This document shows positions 31,466 to 42,907 of a DNA stretch of 64,000 nt, in pieces. The DNA is taken from positions 224,001 through 288,000 of the forward strand of contig CBDDBZ010000037.1 of NCBI GenBank assembly GCA_965225945.1. Direction: 5' to 3'. Source of the DNA: Alphaproteobacteria bacterium (GTDB lineage Bacteria > Pseudomonadota > Alphaproteobacteria > GCA-2731375). The notes under the pieces were generated by a model. The model had not been told where the DNA came from. It searched no databases and saw nothing but the letters and a program-made list of their open reading frames with translations. Positions within the stretch are counted from its first letter, which is position 1, and every line of letters starts with the position of its first letter. The translations under genes were made by a program, and so were the position numbers.

Positions 31466-32467
31466 TCAGGCGGGCGTCGGCGCCGCATCGGGGAGCAGTC
31501 CCGCCCGCTTCAGCTCGGACCAGAGGGTAGGAGGGATGGGATGGTCGAACAATCGGAAGATCTCCTGCGCCCGGGCCGCCGAGCCGATGCCGGGCAAAAC
31601 CGAGGCGACGGCCGGATGCGCGAGCGGAAAGCGCAAGGCCGCCGCCGCCAGCGGGACGCCGTGTCGGGTGCAGATCCGCTCGATCCGGCGGGTCTTGTCG
31701 AGAATGTCGGTGGGTGGCGGAGAATCAAAATAGGTCGCGCCGGAATCGGCGCCTCGGGCTAGGATACCGGAGTTGAACGGCGCGCCCACGATCACGCCAA
31801 TTCCCCGCCGCGAACATTCGGGAAATATCGTCCCCAGCGCCGCGTGATCTAGCAGGGTGTAGCCGCCGGCGAGCAGGACGACATCGAGGTCCGCCTGGGC
31901 CAAACAGGCGGCCACCACCCGGCAATCGTTCACGCCGACGCCGACGGCGCCGACGACGCTGGTGTCCCGTAGTTCTCGGAGCGTCGGCAGCGCATCCCTC
32001 ATCGCAATCTCGAAGCTCGACGCGTCACTCGCCGACCTCGCTCCGGGTCGTGGCAGGTCGTGGATCAGGACGACGTCCAAGCGCTCGACGCCCAACCTCT
32101 CCAGGCTTTCGTCGATCGAGCGAAGCACGGAGTCCCGACGGTAGTCGCGCGCCGAGCGATATCCAGGCCGCGCTTCGCCGCTGTCGTCGGACGCGAGTCG
32201 CTGTCCGACCTTTGTCGACAGCACGACATCGTCTCGGTCCCGGCCCGCGAGAGCGTGGGCGAGACGCCGCTCTCCGAGCCCGTCGCCATAGAGGGGCGCG
32301 GTGTCGAAATATCGGATGCCCAGATCATATCCCCGGCGGAGCGCGGCGATGGCCGTCGCCTCGGGCACCTTGGCATAAAGCATGCCGACCCGGGAGCCGC
32401 CGAAGCCGAGCGCGGTCGGATGGAAGCCGGTTCGTCCCAGCGGTCGTCTCTCGCGCGGGTCGATCAC
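31466..32467 (-). CDS. Aldo/keto reductase (D-threo-aldose/L-fucose dehydrogenase-like)
   Basis: YFDTAPLYGDG, LSTKVG and LIHD motifs; start uncertain (32467 or 32497). Confidence 0.88.
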   Translation of the reverse strand: MIDPRERRPLGRTGFHPTALGFGGSRVGMLYAKVPEATAIAALRRGYDLGIRYFDTAPLYGDGLGERRLAHALAGRDRDDVVLSTKVGQRLASDDSGEARPGYRSARDYRRDSVLRSIDESLERLGVERLDVVLIHDLPRPGARSASDASSFEIAMRDALPTLRELRDTSVVGAVGVGVNDCRVVAACLAQADLDVVLLAGGYTLLDHAALGTIFPECSRRGIGVIVGAPFNSGILARGADSGATYFDSPPPTDILDKTRRIERICTRHGVPLAAAALRFPLAHPAVASVLPGIGSAARAQEIFRLFDHPIPPTLWSELKRAGLLPDAAPTPA

Positions 32468-32562
32468 GTTGTCTCCCAGGTCGTCCGTGGCGACCATTTA
32501 ATACCGGTGACCCCATGATATGACTCTGGGGGAATCCTCGAGGCGGATTTTGTGATTTTGTC

Positions 32563-33785
32563 CATGGTACACGACGGCATTTACGTAGGACGTTGAAAAG
32601 GTTGTAGGATTCCCGATTCACTCCACGACGAGTCAAGAGGGAAATCATGCGAGACAACCCGATCAACGCCCTGCGTGAGACGCTACGATGCGGCTTCGCC
32701 TTTCGCAAGAGCCGTCTGGAGAGCCTTTGCGTCTTGGTCTTCGGCGTGTTCGTCGCCCGGACGGTGAACCTCTCTCACTTGGCCTGCCACTTTCCGGGGC
32801 GCGCGCGATCCAGCTCCAACTATCGGCGCCTGCAACGGTTTTTCGAGCAAGTCGATTTCGATTACGATCGCCTCGCCGAGTTCCTGGTCGCGATGATGGG
32901 GCTCCAGGCGGGGCCGTGGCGGCTGACCATGGACCGGACCAACTGGCGGCTGGGTCGCCGCGACGTCAACATCTTGATGATCGGCATCGTCAACCGCGCC
33001 ATCGCCATTCCCGTGTGCTGGCGGGTGCTCGACAAGGCGGGCAATTCCAATACCAAGGAGCGGATCGCGATCCTCGAACACGTCCTCCGGCTCTTCGGGG
33101 TCGACAAGATCGCCAGCCTCCTGGCCGACCGGGAATTCATCGGCGACGCCTGGCTGGCATGGTTGCAGGAAAAGGCCATCCCCTTTCACATCCGCATCCG
33201 ATCCAACATCAAGATCGCCAACACGCGTGGTCGCATGGTCAAGGCGAGGGAGCTGTTTCGCGACCTCAAACCCGGGGAAAGCCGCATCCTCTCCAACGCC
33301 AGGCGCCTCTCGGAGGCCAGAAAACCCAAGGCCAGGCCCGTCTTCGTCGCCGCGCTCCATCTCAAGACCGGCGAACTGTTGATCGTCGTGACCAACGACG
33401 CGCCCGAGGAGGCCTTGGCCATCTACGCCCAGCGCTGGCAAATCGAGACCCTCTTCGCCGCCTTGAAAACCCGTGGCTTCAACCTCGAAGACACCCACAT
33501 GACCGACCCGGAGCGCATCTCCAAGCTCACCGCCGTCCTTTCCATCACCTTCTGCTGGGCGCACAAAGTCGGCGATTGGCTCCACGAGGCCGAGCCGATC
33601 CGTCTCAAAACCCACAAAAGGATGGCAAAATCCATCTTCCGATACGGTTTCGAGTGGATAAGGCGACAGCTCGTCAATCCTATCGACAGGCGTCAAGCCA
33701 TTGAGCTGATTCGTTTCCTCGTCCCCGGAAAACCACCAGTCCAGGTGCCCAGGCCAAAGCCAGCATGAACGAGTCGTGTACTGTG
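32563..33785 (+). mobile_element. IS4-family element
   Basis: IR core GTACACGAC; 9-bp TSD GATTTTGTC at 32554-32562 and 33786-33794. Confidence 0.88.
32647..33768 (+). CDS. IS4-family transposase
   Basis: MDRTNW, LADREF and YREK-type YAQRWQIETLFAALK motifs. Confidence 0.92.
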   Translation: MRDNPINALRETLRCGFAFRKSRLESLCVLVFGVFVARTVNLSHLACHFPGRARSSSNYRRLQRFFEQVDFDYDRLAEFLVAMMGLQAGPWRLTMDRTNWRLGRRDVNILMIGIVNRAIAIPVCWRVLDKAGNSNTKERIAILEHVLRLFGVDKIASLLADREFIGDAWLAWLQEKAIPFHIRIRSNIKIANTRGRMVKARELFRDLKPGESRILSNARRLSEARKPKARPVFVAALHLKTGELLIVVTNDAPEEALAIYAQRWQIETLFAALKTRGFNLEDTHMTDPERISKLTAVLSITFCWAHKVGDWLHEAEPIRLKTHKRMAKSIFRYGFEWIRRQLVNPIDRRQAIELIRFLVPGKPPVQVPRPKPA

Positions 33786-34169
33786 GATTTTGTCACCTTA
33801 CACAATTATGTGGTGGGGTTGAGATGGCTGCGCTCAAGATACGGGATGATATGACGACGAATGAGCTTCGGCGGGGCAAAGTCGACCTGTTCGGTGGCAC
33901 GCTGTCGTGCGTCGTCGAGCTGAAGGTTGCCGGCATCGCCGCCGAGGCGGCGGAGCAGCACGGTCGCCTGGCCGGCCGGCTCTCGTGGTCGCCGAGCCCG
34001 AGGGCTACTGGGCCGGGACCCTCCCCCACCGGAGGGCCGGAAGGTGGCTCTCCGGGCTCCGGAGCGTGGCCGAGGGCCTGTCCGTGGAGGTGCACCTGAT
34101 CGCGCCGCGCGGCGGCGGCCAGCCCGACCGACTCACGGGCGACCAGCTTTCTGTCCGGCGGGGGCCGTT

Positions 34170-34471
34170 GGCCGGCTCCATGACCAGACATTCGATGCCG
34201 CGTTGTTCGAGCAACCGCACCAGCCAGAAGCCGTCGTAGCCTGCCTCGTCGCAGAGGACCACCTTTGGCACCTGACCCGAGACGTTGGCCAGGCGGTCCC
34301 GCACCGCATCGAGCTTGGCGATCAGGCCGTCGGCGTCGCCGCCCCTGATTGGATGCAAGCTCGGATTGTCCCGGCCCGGAGACTGGAGCGCCAAAAGCCA
34401 ACTGTTCTTGCCCAGCTCAAGGGCAGCATGGAGAGTTTGTTCGCCGCACGTGGTCGTAGGGGGCGTCATCA
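34170..34471 (-). pseudogene. Truncated IS110-family transposase (N-terminal DEDD part)
   Basis: AALELGKNSW and LC(D)EAGYDGFWL motifs; homology is lost after VMEPA. Confidence 0.7.
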
Positions 34472-34704
34472 TAGCATCTCGCTCCTTCTGATAGCGGTTG
34501 AACCAATCGAAGGAGCTTGAAGCCGCATCCCTCGGCCTCATAGCATCTGGGGTATAATCCCCGTGCTGGCGAATCGGTTGGTTAGGGGACTTGTAGACCC
34601 TATGTCCGTTGAGGTTTCGACGCCGGGACCAGGTGTCCGCCTCAGCATGTAGTTTCGAGGGTTGCACGCGTTTGCGTGCCTATCCTCATACATGGGAGAC
34701 GGAC

Positions 34705-37245
34705 ATGACGGACGATATCACCTTTGTTGGCTTGGATGTTTCGAAGGAGACGATTTCGGTCGGGATCGCGCCGGGTGATCCGCGAGAGGCGGTTCATTAT
34801 TTCGGCACCATCGTGTACCGACCGACGGCGCTCTATTCGCTCTGCAAGAAGCTGTCGCGGGACGGCGCGCGTCTTCACTTCTGCTATGAGGCTGGCCCGT
34901 TCGGCTATTCCCTGCATCGCCGGCTTTTGGACTGGGGCCACACCTGCGATGTGGTGGCGCCCTCGCTGATCCCCAAGCGGCCCGGTGACCGGGTCAAGAC
35001 GGACCGGCGGGACGCGCTGAGCCTGGCTTCGTTGTTGCGTGCCGGACAGTTGACCGCGGTCAAGTCCGGATTCTGCTGGGAATTTTCTCCGGGGTTGCCT
35101 CCGTCGAGGCCTGTTCTGGTAGTTCCAGCTGGGCTTGGTATTCCTGATCGAGTTCCTTCCTGACGGCGTCCATCTGGCGCCGCTCGAAGACGGTGACCTT
35201 GACTGCTTTCCATCGCTCGGCGGCGCGGCTCATGGCACCGAACATGAGCTTCAGTACCGCCTTTTCGCCGAAGGCGTTGGGGATGATCTTCAAGCGCCGG
35301 CGCTCCTCCCCGAACAATCTCTCCAGCAGGTTGGTGGTGCGGATCGCCCGGCGGTGATTGACCGGCATGCGCAGGTGCGCGATGCAGGCCTCGAAATCAT
35401 CCAGGAAACAGGCCACCGCCGAGGGCAGCTCGCGCTCCCAGTCACGCACCACGCCCTCGGCCAGATCGCGGGCGATGGCGCGCGAGGGGGCCTGGTAGGC
35501 CGCTTGGGCGCGGGCCTTGAACTCCGGCCAGAGATCCTCGGGCACCTTCGCCGCCAAGTTCCTCATCCGGTGCGCGAGGCAGCGTTGGCGCGCGCTCCTG
35601 GGAAAACAAATCTCGATCGCCTTGATAATGCCAGGCGCGCCGTCGGAGGCGATCAGGAGAGGATCGCCCAGGCCTCGGCTGCGCATGTCCTGGAAGAACG
35701 CGGAGACGGTCTCGTTGTCCTCCTTCGAGCCCGCCATCAGATGCAGGAGAACCTTCTTGCCCTCGAGCGTGAAGCCCCAGGCCGCCAGCACCGGCTCTCG
35801 CCTCTGCCCGGCCCGCAGCCGCTCGGCGATGCCGTCGACGAAGAGGTAGGCGATCTCGAACTCGCTAAGGTCGCGCTTGGCGAAGCCGAGGTAGTCCGCC
35901 CAGAGCCGCTCCCCCATCTCCGAGACCGCCGTGCGCGACAGCAGCAAGCGCCCACTTTCTTCCCTGAAGGCATCTTCGATGTCGCGCACCGAGAGACCGC
36001 GCGCCAGCATCTCCACGGCTAAATCCTCCAGGCCCTCGGAATGACCCTTCAGCTGCGCTCGCAGATCCGAACGGAACGGTTCGTCCGTCCCGGCGACCTG
36101 CGGCGCCGCATACCTGATCCGCCCCTCGGCCGTCTTCAGATGACCTTCGCGCGAACCGTTCCGGTAACCTCGGCCAGGCTCGGAACCGTGCTCGTAATAG
36201 TCCCGGCCCAGGGCGTCGCGCACCTCGGCCTCCAAGCCTTCCTCGATGATTAACCGCGTCGCCAACCGCACCAATTCACTCTTCGCGTCGACCACGCGGG
36301 CGCGCCCTTCGATCAGGTCGTTCAAGGCTTCACGCGTGCGCTCGCTTCCGGGTAGTCTCTTCGTCATGGAGGTGCCTCCTGTGCTGGGCTGGCGCGCAGC
36401 CATGCCCGGGTGGGAATCGACACCTCGAAGGATGCACCTCCTACCAAATTCCCAGCAAGTCTAGGACTTCACCGTTGACCGCGGTCTGGGTGCCCGACGC
36501 GAGCCACGAGGCGGTTCGCGCGCTGGTGCGCCTGCGCCACCTGGCGGCGGGCGACGTGCGCCGGGCCAAGCAGCAGATCCTGGGCTTCTGCCTGATGCAT
36601 GATCGGGTGTATCGGGCGGGTACGACGCATTGGACGAAGACCCACCGGAACTGGCTGGTGGATCAGAAGTTCGAGCACGGCGCTCTGGCGCTGACCTATT
36701 CGGAATTGCTTGGCCGTCTCGAACGGGCGGAAGAGATGCTGGCGCGAGCGCGCCTGGAGTTGCGGGAACACCTTGGCGGCTGGGCCTTGTATCCGGTCAT
36801 GGACGCCCTTCAGGCGTTACGCGGCTTCGATTGGGAGAATGCCGCCATGGTCGCGGCGGAGATCGGCGACTTCCAGCGCTTCCCCACGGCGGGCCATCTG
36901 ATGGCCTACGTCGGCTTGGTGCCGTCGGAATATTCCAGCGGTGATCGACGCAAGCGGGGCAAGATCACCAAGTCGGGCAACGCCATGGTTCGCCGTGTCC
37001 TGGTGGAGGCAGCCTGGACCTATCGTCACCCGGCGCGCCAGTCGAGCCCGATCCGCGCCCGTTCAGCCCATCTGCCGGAGCCGATCCGCGACAAGGCCTG
37101 GCAGGCGCAGATACGATTGTGTCGTCGCATGCGCGATCTGCGCGGGCGCGGCAAACACCAGAACACCGTGCTGACCGCGGTGGCCCGGGAGCTGGCGGGG
37201 CACGTCTGGGCCATCGCCCGCATGGTGCCCCCGCCGATGGCATAA
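34705..37245 (+). pseudogene. IS110 recombinase split into 34705-35057 and 36483-37245
   Basis: VGLDVSK, CYEAGP, VKTDRRDA, GLVPSEYSSG and AVARELAG motifs. Confidence 0.93.
35058..36473 (-). mobile_element. IS256-family element, copy 2 (1416 bp; transposase 36367..35060)
   Basis: IRs present; 9-bp TSD GTTGACCGC at 35049-35057 and 36474-36482; LFVDG, IASDG, QRCLAH and RTTNLLER motifs. Confidence 0.97.
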
Positions 37246-37540
37246 ATCGCCGCGCGCCGAGCGGCGAATACCAACACGCCCGCTTGCGTGGGCAGCGGCG
37301 GTGGCGGCCACTTGGGGAACTCCCGTTCCTTGGCTATGGGCAGGATTGCATCCGATGCCCGTCTGTAGAGTCAGGACAGCCCCATCGGACATAGGGACAT
37401 GCGGTAGTCGATCCGCGGATAAGAGCTTGATGGACCGTCGATCAAAGCCGTCCCGCCGCTGCCTTCCAAAGCGGGCGTCAGATACCCAGCACCCGGTGAC
37501 GAGCCGGGTGAAAGGCCGCGTTCGTGCTTGACAGGGGAGA
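37246..37540 (+). ncRNA. Candidate IS110 bridge/seek RNA region
   Basis: About 300-nt non-coding end downstream of the recombinase and inside the subterminal IR; the structure was not computed. Confidence 0.45.
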
Positions 37541-37785
37541 GGACATAAGAGCCAAGAATCGTCGGTAAGAGCTTTCTAATATATGAGAGGTTCAGAGCCG
37601 CTGACTGGCTACTCCGGCACTCCGTCGGCTTCGCCAGACTTCGTGCATGTCTGAGAGCACGCAGCGCAAACTGGCAGCGATCATCCTCGACGGTTTGAGA
37701 GAGCTACCGTTTCGCATCAGGCTCCGGATTGCCATCGAGAGCCCGAATGGCTACTCTGATGGCCGGAAACTGCGGAGGCGAGGGC

Positions 37786-38787
37786 ATGGTCGAGACCACG
37801 GTCGGCGTCGATCTGAGCCGAGGCGACGCACCCCCCGCGACACCGATCGTCGAGCCGCCAGTCTTCGTCTGGCCGCCCCGACCGGTCGCAATGTTCAAGT
37901 TCCTGTTCGCCATACCGGGCTACTTCCTGCCCTTCAACATCATCTACATGGGCCTCGCCGTCCTGACCTGGTTCGCCCTCACGCCCGAGCTCTCGCGCAT
38001 GACGACGTTCCAGTGGGACTGGATCGCCATCGTCTACGGCCGGAACCTCGGCCTAACTTTCCTGGTCTTCGGCGGCCTGCACCTTCGTTTCTACATGCTG
38101 AAATCGCAAGGTACCCGCTACATGCTGAACCGGCGGGAGCCGACGGCCGCGCATCGCCGCTTCCTGTTTGGCAACCAGGTCCGCGAGAACGTCTTTTGGA
38201 CCGCGGTGAGCGGCGTCGGCGTCTGGACCGCCTACGAGGTCGTGACGCTCTGGGCTTTCGCCAACGGCTATATCCCGATGCTGAGCTGGGAGGCGCATCC
38301 GATTTACTTCGTGCTGCTGTTCTGCGCCATTCCAATAATCCGCGACGCCTACTCTTATTTCGTGCATCGCCTGCTGCACTACCGCTTCCTCTACAAGTCG
38401 GTGCACGCGCTGCACCACAAGAACGTCGACATCGGTCCCTGGTCGGGCATGTCGATGCACCCGGTCGAGCACGTCCTCTACTTTGGCGGTGTGCTACCGC
38501 ACTGGATCCTGCTGTCCCATCCGCTGCATGCGATCTTCCACGTACAGCAGGCCGGCCTGGCGCCGGCGCTGGGCCACTTGGGCTTCCACAGGCTGCTGAC
38601 GAAGGGCGAGAACGAGTACTCGATCGGTCAGCGCTATTTCCACTATCTGCATCACCGTTATTTCGAGTGTAACTACGGCGGTGACGGCACGGTGCCACTC
38701 GACAAGTGGTTCGGCAGCTGGCACGACGGCACGCCGGAAAGCCACGAAATCATGCGCGCCCGGCGCAAGAAGGCCCACGGCATCTGA
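37786..38787 (+). CDS. Sterol desaturase / fatty acid hydroxylase family protein
   Basis: His boxes HRLLH, HALHH, HPVEH and HYLHH; NYG...LDKWFGSW. Confidence 0.9.
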   Translation: MVETTVGVDLSRGDAPPATPIVEPPVFVWPPRPVAMFKFLFAIPGYFLPFNIIYMGLAVLTWFALTPELSRMTTFQWDWIAIVYGRNLGLTFLVFGGLHLRFYMLKSQGTRYMLNRREPTAAHRRFLFGNQVRENVFWTAVSGVGVWTAYEVVTLWAFANGYIPMLSWEAHPIYFVLLFCAIPIIRDAYSYFVHRLLHYRFLYKSVHALHHKNVDIGPWSGMSMHPVEHVLYFGGVLPHWILLSHPLHAIFHVQQAGLAPALGHLGFHRLLTKGENEYSIGQRYFHYLHHRYFECNYGGDGTVPLDKWFGSWHDGTPESHEIMRARRKKAHGI

Positions 38788-39036
38788 GTCCACCCACGCG
38801 GGCCCGGCATCGCCGAACTGCAAACGCCGAGCAATGTCGGATCACCACGCGTTGCGCCGGCAGGTAGCGATCCGCCCTCTGCCGCCTGCCAGCCTATCGC
38901 CCGCTGACGGGGCTCCTGCGGCGATTGAGCGCAACCTAAACGCACCCTTCAACCCTATCGAGCGTTCGAAGCCGAGGCATTCCGCGGCTTTCCCATCGAT
39001 TGCATGTCGCGCGGCCAGAACTCGATCGCCGAATTA

Positions 39037-40210
39037 TACCAACTGACGCTGACGGAGACTCACATTTGGGATTTCCCTGACGGTTGATTTCTGACTCAAT
39101 TCTGGTGATTCGGGATTGAGGAGGAGATTGACGATGGGCGCGGCGATCAAGCTTCGGGAGGACTATGACGCGGACGAACTTCGTCGACTTGCGCGGCTTT
39201 CGAAAGACGCGGATCAGAGCCGTCGTCTGTTGTCGCTGGCGGTGATCCATGAGGGCGGTCGTCGGCGGGATGCGGCGCGGACCGGCGGCGTCGGCCTTCA
39301 GGTGATCCGGGACTGGGTGTTGCGCTTCAATGCGGCGGGCCCGGATGGCCTGATCGATCGCAAGGCCCCCGGGCCGACGTCGAAACTCGACGATGCACGA
39401 CGCAAGGCACTGGCGGCGCGCGTCGATGCCGGACCGGATCCGAGAACGGACGGCGTGGTGCGCTGGCGTCTGAAGGATCTGGCGCGCTGGATCCAGGACG
39501 AGTTCCAGATCTCGCTCGGTGAGAGGACGGTGAGCCGGGAATTGAAGACGATGGGCTCCACCAAGCTGACGGCGCGCCCGCGCCACCATGCCCAGGAGGC
39601 GGGCGTCATCGACGACTTCAAAAAAAATTCCCCGAGCTGGTCTCGCAAGTCCGCGAAAGCCTGCCCGACGGCGCGGACATAGAAATCTGGTGGCAGGACG
39701 AGGCCCGCGTCGGCCAGAAGAACAAGATCACCCGGCGCTGGGCCCGACGCGGCAGCCGTCCCCGCGCGCCGCATGACCAGCGCACCAAGTCGGCCTACAT
39801 CTTCGGCGCCATCTGTCCCGAACGTGGAACCGGCGCAGCCCTCGTGCTCCCGCGCTGCAACACCGAGGCCATGCAGCGCCATCTGGAGGAAATCTCCTCC
39901 CAGGTCCACACCAGCGCTCATGCCCTCCTGCTTCTCGATCAGGCCGGGTGGCACATCACCGACGATCTGACCATTCCAGACAACATCACCCTCGTCCCGA
40001 TACCGCCACGCTCACCGGAACTCAATCCGGTCGAAAACATCTGGCAATACATGCGAGACAACTGGCTCTCCAACATCGTATTCCAATCCGAGGAAGAGAT
40101 CGTCGACTGCTGCTGCGAAGCCTGGAACAAACTCATCAATAAACCGGGCAAAATCAAATCCATCGGCAAGCGTCAATGGGCCCATGGGTTTTGATCAATG
40201 TCGGTTGGTA
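39037..40210 (+). mobile_element. IS630-family element; transposase 39133..40194 via -1 frameshift
   Basis: IR TACCAACTGAC / GTCGGTTGGTA; slippery A run (TTCAAAAAAAA) near 39620; WQDEAR, LDQAGWH and SPELNPVE motifs. Confidence 0.9.
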
Positions 40211-40971
40211 TTAGTTGCTCAGACGGGCGCGCAAAAACAGTGGGGGCAGAGCGATCCCGAAGGATTAGATTGTCAAGGTCGAGTTCTTAGCGCAGATTCT
40301 GCTCGGCGACCGGCCGCGGCGGCCACCGACGCCGCTCGACTGACTTCGAGGCCATGCCTACCTCTTCCCGCACACTCCGGCCATCCGTAAAGGCAACGCT
40401 ATTGATGCTTGGGGCGATGGCTTTCCGCGCCAAGAAAGTTTGTGTCTGAATTCATCGAGATCCCCGGCAAACCGTTACCATGTTGCCATCGCGCTGACAG
40501 AATCTCGGTGCGACACATAGATGATGGTGCGCTATCCCAGGTTTTGAAGAGCTTGCTCGATAGCCTACGGAAGGCGGGCGTGCCGGAATAGCGTCGGTGA
40601 CACGGGACTTCCGCTGTGGGTCTTGGGTGTGTGGAAACCATTCGGTGGGTCATTCAGGCGCACGATCAGTTCAATCCCAACCCCGTTCTCGCGCGAACTG
40701 GTGGAGGATGAGCGGACCTTTCGCTACCAGCCGGAGACCGGCGAGGCCTGGATCTTCAATACTCGCAACCCGCGCGAGGTGAGCGCCATCGGCGCCTCCG
40801 AGTGCGACCGGCGGGCGGTGGCCTGTTTCGTCGGGCGCATGCCGGCAGGTCGCTTGGCCCCGTGGTCGTAAGGGTTCGCTCACCAACTCGATTGCGCGGC
40901 GGCTCCCGCGACGCGAACGGCGCGATCGATCGTCGATCGGACAGGCCGGATCCGCGGCGGGTCGGGCCTGT

Positions 40972-42264
40972 TCATTTCACCGGCATCACGAGATTGGGCA
41001 GCCAGGTCGTCAGGGGTGGGTACAGCGTGACCAGCAGCAGCATGCAGAGCATGGCGAGGAAGATCGGCCACATATATCGCCAGAATTCGTGCAGCTGCAC
41101 CCCGGCGATGCGGCAGAGCAGATACATCGTCAGACCGTAGGGCGGCGTCACCAGACCGAGAAGCAGGTTGAACACGGTGATTACGCCGAAATGCACCGTG
41201 TCGATCCCCAAGGCCTCGACCGTCGGCATCAGCAGCGGCACGAAAACGAGCAAGAGCGGCACGGTGTCGATCATGCTGCCGAGCAGCAGGTAGACGACGT
41301 TGACCGCGATCAGGAACACCACCGGATTGTCGGTGATGCCGGTGAGCCATTGTTCCAACGCGTCGGCGGCGCCATAGAGCGTGAGGATCCGGCCGAACGC
41401 GGCGGCGGCGGCGATGATGAAGAACACCGAACCCACCGTCTTGACCGAGGCGACCACCTGCCGGCCGAAGATCGCCAGTGTCAAATCGCGGTAGATCAGG
41501 CCGCCGAGCAGGATCACCGCGAGCACACCGAGCACGGCCGCCTCGGTCGGCGTGGCGATGCCGCTCAGAATGCTGCCGAGCACCAGCACCGGCAGCAGCA
41601 GAACCGGAAACCCGACGAAGGTTGCCGTGGCGCGCTCGCGGTAGGTCGCCTTGACCTCGCGCGGGTAGCCGTGCCGGCGCGCCACCACATAGGCCTGCAC
41701 CATCAACAAGATGCCGAGCATTAGGCCCGGAACCGCCCCGCCCAGGAACAACCTGCCGACCGAGGACTCGGTCGCGGCCGCGAAAATAATGAAGGCGATG
41801 CTCGGCGGGATCAGTGGCCCAATTGTCGCCGATCCGCCGATGATCGAGGCGGCGTAGCCCAGCGGATATCCGACCCGCTGCATCGCCGGGATCAGCAGCT
41901 TACCGGTCGCCGCGGCGTCGGCGAGATCGGACCCGGACATGCCCGCCATGATGATATTGACCAGGACGCTGACATGGGCGAGGCCGCCGGAGATGTGCCC
42001 GACGAAAGCCTTGGCCAGCGTGACGAGCCGTTGCGTCACGCCGCTGGCGAGCGCGAGATCGCCCATCAGTATGAAGAACGGGATCGCCATCAGCACGAAA
42101 TGATTGATGCCCTGCCACATGGCCGTCGGCAGCGTCGACAAGGGTATCGGATCCGGCGCCAACACCAGCCCGACGATCGTGGAGGCCAGCAGGACGATGC
42201 CGATCGGGATCCGCAATACGAATAGGACGATGAAAACGGCCAGAACGACCCACAACGGGGCCAT
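40972..42264 (-). CDS. dctM: TRAP transporter large permease
   Basis: AIPFFILMG, GMSGS, LIPPSI, TPTEAA and VTPPYG motifs. Confidence 0.93.
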   Translation of the reverse strand: MAPLWVVLAVFIVLFVLRIPIGIVLLASTIVGLVLAPDPIPLSTLPTAMWQGINHFVLMAIPFFILMGDLALASGVTQRLVTLAKAFVGHISGGLAHVSVLVNIIMAGMSGSDLADAAATGKLLIPAMQRVGYPLGYAASIIGGSATIGPLIPPSIAFIIFAAATESSVGRLFLGGAVPGLMLGILLMVQAYVVARRHGYPREVKATYRERATATFVGFPVLLLPVLVLGSILSGIATPTEAAVLGVLAVILLGGLIYRDLTLAIFGRQVVASVKTVGSVFFIIAAAAAFGRILTLYGAADALEQWLTGITDNPVVFLIAVNVVYLLLGSMIDTVPLLLVFVPLLMPTVEALGIDTVHFGVITVFNLLLGLVTPPYGLTMYLLCRIAGVQLHEFWRYMWPIFLAMLCMLLLVTLYPPLTTWLPNLVMPVK

Positions 42265-42267
42265 GTT

Positions 42268-42867
42268 TCAGACCCCCAGCTCGAGACTCGACCGTATCGG
42301 CTCGTTGCGTAAGCGTCGATACATCAACATCACGCTGTGCACGATCATCAGCGTTCCCGCGACCGGGATCGGATAGGCGAACACCGAGAGCGGAACACCG
42401 AGCGCAATCGTGTACATGACGTCGAGCGAGACCGCCGTCTTCCAGCCGTACCACACCACCGGAATCAGCACGAGAATGGTGACGACGTCGCCGAACAACC
42501 GGATCCAGCGCTGCCAACGATCGCCGATCATGTCGAACAGGATGGTCATGGAGATGTGGTCGTCGCTGCGCTGAATCGACGCCGCACCGAGCAACGCCAA
42601 CCATACCATGACCAAGCGCGCGAATTCCTCGGTCCAGGGAGCCGTCACGTAGTCCGACAGTGCATAGCGGATGCCGATCTGCAGGGTCAAGGAGATCAGC
42701 ATTCCGAGCAACAGGCAATACGAGACGGTGTCCTCGAATAGCTTCCAATAGTCGAGCCGTCCGCCCTCGGGCCACCAATCGCGGCGAAGGACTCGCGTTA
42801 TCACCAGTGCCCCCAGGACCATCAGTACGAAAAGTCCGATCAGCTCCCGGGGGATTGGCATGTTCAT
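42268..42867 (-). CDS. dctQ: TRAP transporter small permease
   Basis: WTEEFARLVMVW...DHI motif; operon position. Confidence 0.85.
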   Translation of the reverse strand: MNMPIPRELIGLFVLMVLGALVITRVLRRDWWPEGGRLDYWKLFEDTVSYCLLLGMLISLTLQIGIRYALSDYVTAPWTEEFARLVMVWLALLGAASIQRSDDHISMTILFDMIGDRWQRWIRLFGDVVTILVLIPVVWYGWKTAVSLDVMYTIALGVPLSVFAYPIPVAGTLMIVHSVMLMYRRLRNEPIRSSLELGV

Positions 42868-42907
42868 GTCGCTCTCTCCGAAGTTCCGTTGGGCGATGCG
42901 GGAGGCG

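Larger units (their letters stand above)
32500..33875 (+). mobile_element. IS630 left-end remnant hit by IS4
   Basis: MAALKIRDDMTTNELRR at 33824 resembles the OrfA start at 39133; the rest is deleted. Confidence 0.5.
34590..37550 (+). mobile_element. IS110-family (IS1111-type layout) element interrupted by IS256; ends approximate
   Basis: Subterminal IR TATGTCC (34601) / GGACATA (37540); long 3' non-coding region; TTGACA at 37529. Confidence 0.8.

Noticed and set aside
37647-37690. MSESTQRKLAAII, resembling the start of a class III adenylate cyclase
   Set aside because: Only about 13 residues, at most a stub. The long ORF 37647..38672 is a shadow of the desaturase.
40400-40900. Short ORF fragments after the IS630
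   Set aside because: No motif I can assign; probably decayed remnants.
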